A stretch of DNA of 32,000 nt from Raphidiopsis brookii D9 (GTDB taxonomy: Bacteria; Cyanobacteriota; Cyanobacteriia; Cyanobacteriales; Nostocaceae). A program made the translations under genes and the position numbers. The stretch covers positions 1-32,000 of the forward strand of contig ACYB01000005.1 in the NCBI GenBank assembly GCA_000175855.1. Reading direction: 5' to 3'. Under the pieces are notes generated by a model. The model saw nothing but the letters and a program-made list of their open reading frames with translations. It had not been told where the DNA came from and did not search any database. This document shows positions 31,008-32,000 of this stretch, piece after piece (the first letter of the stretch is position 1; every line of letters begins with the position of its first letter).

Positions 31008-32000
31008 TTACCCCCATAGGGTGTCTGACCCCCCATGGGATGGTGTTGGTTGTAGTATTTGTTGCAAGGTGGGAGCTAAGTTGGGCAAAGGTACTTCTAT
31101 TTGCTCTCCCGTACTCAAATCCTTTAAGCATGATTTGGCGTTAGCAGCTTCCTGACTACCAATGATGACACAAAATCTAATTCCCTGTTTATCTGCTAAC
31201 TGAAATTGCTTACCTAATTGTTTTTTCTCAAAGTTAGTGACAACATTAATTCCCGCTCGTCTTAATTGTTGTGACACCTGTAAATAAATGGGCATTAGGT
31301 CTTCTTGAATATTTACTACCATTACTTGAGCGGGTGTGGGTGGTAATTTCTGTAAAATATCGGCTTTTAATAATCGATTAATTAGTCTAGATAGTCCTAT
31401 GGAGATCCCTACTCCTGGCATTTTTTCACCCAAAAATATTCCCACTAGTTCTTCATATCTACCACCAGAACAAATACTACCAAGGGATTCATGTCCAATT
31501 AGGGTGGTTTCATAAACGGTTCCTGTGTAGTAGTTTAACCCACGCGCAATGGATAAGTCAATACAGAAACGTTGGGCGGGTACTCCTAAATTCTTCACTC
31601 CATCAATTACCGCTTCTAATTCACTTACTCCTAAGTTTAAGTTAAATCCTTCCGCTTGGGGTAAATTTACTGCTAGATGTTTGAGTTTGTCTAAAACATC
31701 ATCCACATTGCCATCAATGTTGATAAATTCAATTATCTTTTGGCTTTGTTCTAAAGAAATACCAGTTTTTTCTAGCTCCTGTTGAACTTGAGATTCACCA
31801 ATTTTTTCTAGGTTATCAATAATACCAATACAAGTTTTAATTTGCTCCTGGGCAACCCCCAGAGATTGAAAAAAGCCCGAGAGAATTTTGCGGTTATTAA
31901 TACGAATGACAAAATCACCAATATTAATGGCTGCAAATATTTCCGTGATAATTGCTGGCATTTGGGCATCGTATAACAAACTTAGCTTGTCTCGACCAAC
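31008..32000 (-). CDS. hisS: Histidyl-tRNA synthetase, C-terminal part (gene runs past the window end)
   Basis: ARGLNYYTGTVYETTLIG, GSICSGGRYEELVGIFLG, PGVGISIGLSRL, C-terminal anticodon-binding domain VVNIQEDLMPIYLQVSQQLRRAGINV; frame stays open to about 32000. Confidence 0.93.
   Translation of the reverse strand, partial: VGRDKLSLLYDAQMPAIITEIFAAINIGDFVIRINNRKILSGFFQSLGVAQEQIKTCIGIIDNLEKIGESQVQQELEKTGISLEQSQKIIEFINIDGNVDDVLDKLKHLAVNLPQAEGFNLNLGVSELEAVIDGVKNLGVPAQRFCIDLSIARGLNYYTGTVYETTLIGHESLGSICSGGRYEELVGIFLGEKMPGVGISIGLSRLINRLLKADILQKLPPTPAQVMVVNIQEDLMPIYLQVSQQLRRAGINVVTNFEKKQLGKQFQLADKQGIRFCVIIGSQEAANAKSCLKDLSTGEQIEVPLPNLAPTLQQILQPTPSHGGSDTLWG

Overview
This 32 kb window looks like core chromosome from a filamentous, Nostocales-like cyanobacterium (taxon inferred from protein family character only). 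It holds the 3' part of a 23S rRNA plus 5S rRNA and about 28 mostly housekeeping genes. These include comF, serA, prmA, trxA, murI, an AMIN-domain amidase, an NhaS3-type antiporter, dapF, hfq, a Kef-type antiporter, thiS, mutS, an AI-2E exporter, a NUDIX gene, folD, crtE, a divergent-PAP2 gene, ycf54, pdxJ, a membrane-anchored cytochrome c (CytM-like), petG, rsmD, hisH, a DUF3370 gene, an Hlip, ald and partial hisS. I found no CRISPR array, tRNA, defence island, biosynthetic cluster or convincing new multi-gene system. The most notable signal is a repeated pattern of one-base length differences in homopolymers inside otherwise conserved genes. Frame-breaking cases are in prmA, nhaS3, dapF, rsmD and ald; two apparent compensating indel pairs locally scramble serA and the AI-2E transporter. 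This looks more like sequencing or assembly error than biology, but it should be resolved. Other items: a degenerate IS200/IS605 tnpA remnant with a nearby element-end-like hairpin, three small genes absent or mis-started in the ORF track (petG with a GTG start, an Hlip, a 35-aa single-TM protein), several palindromic candidate regulatory sites or terminators, and enrichment of HIP1 (GCGATCGC).
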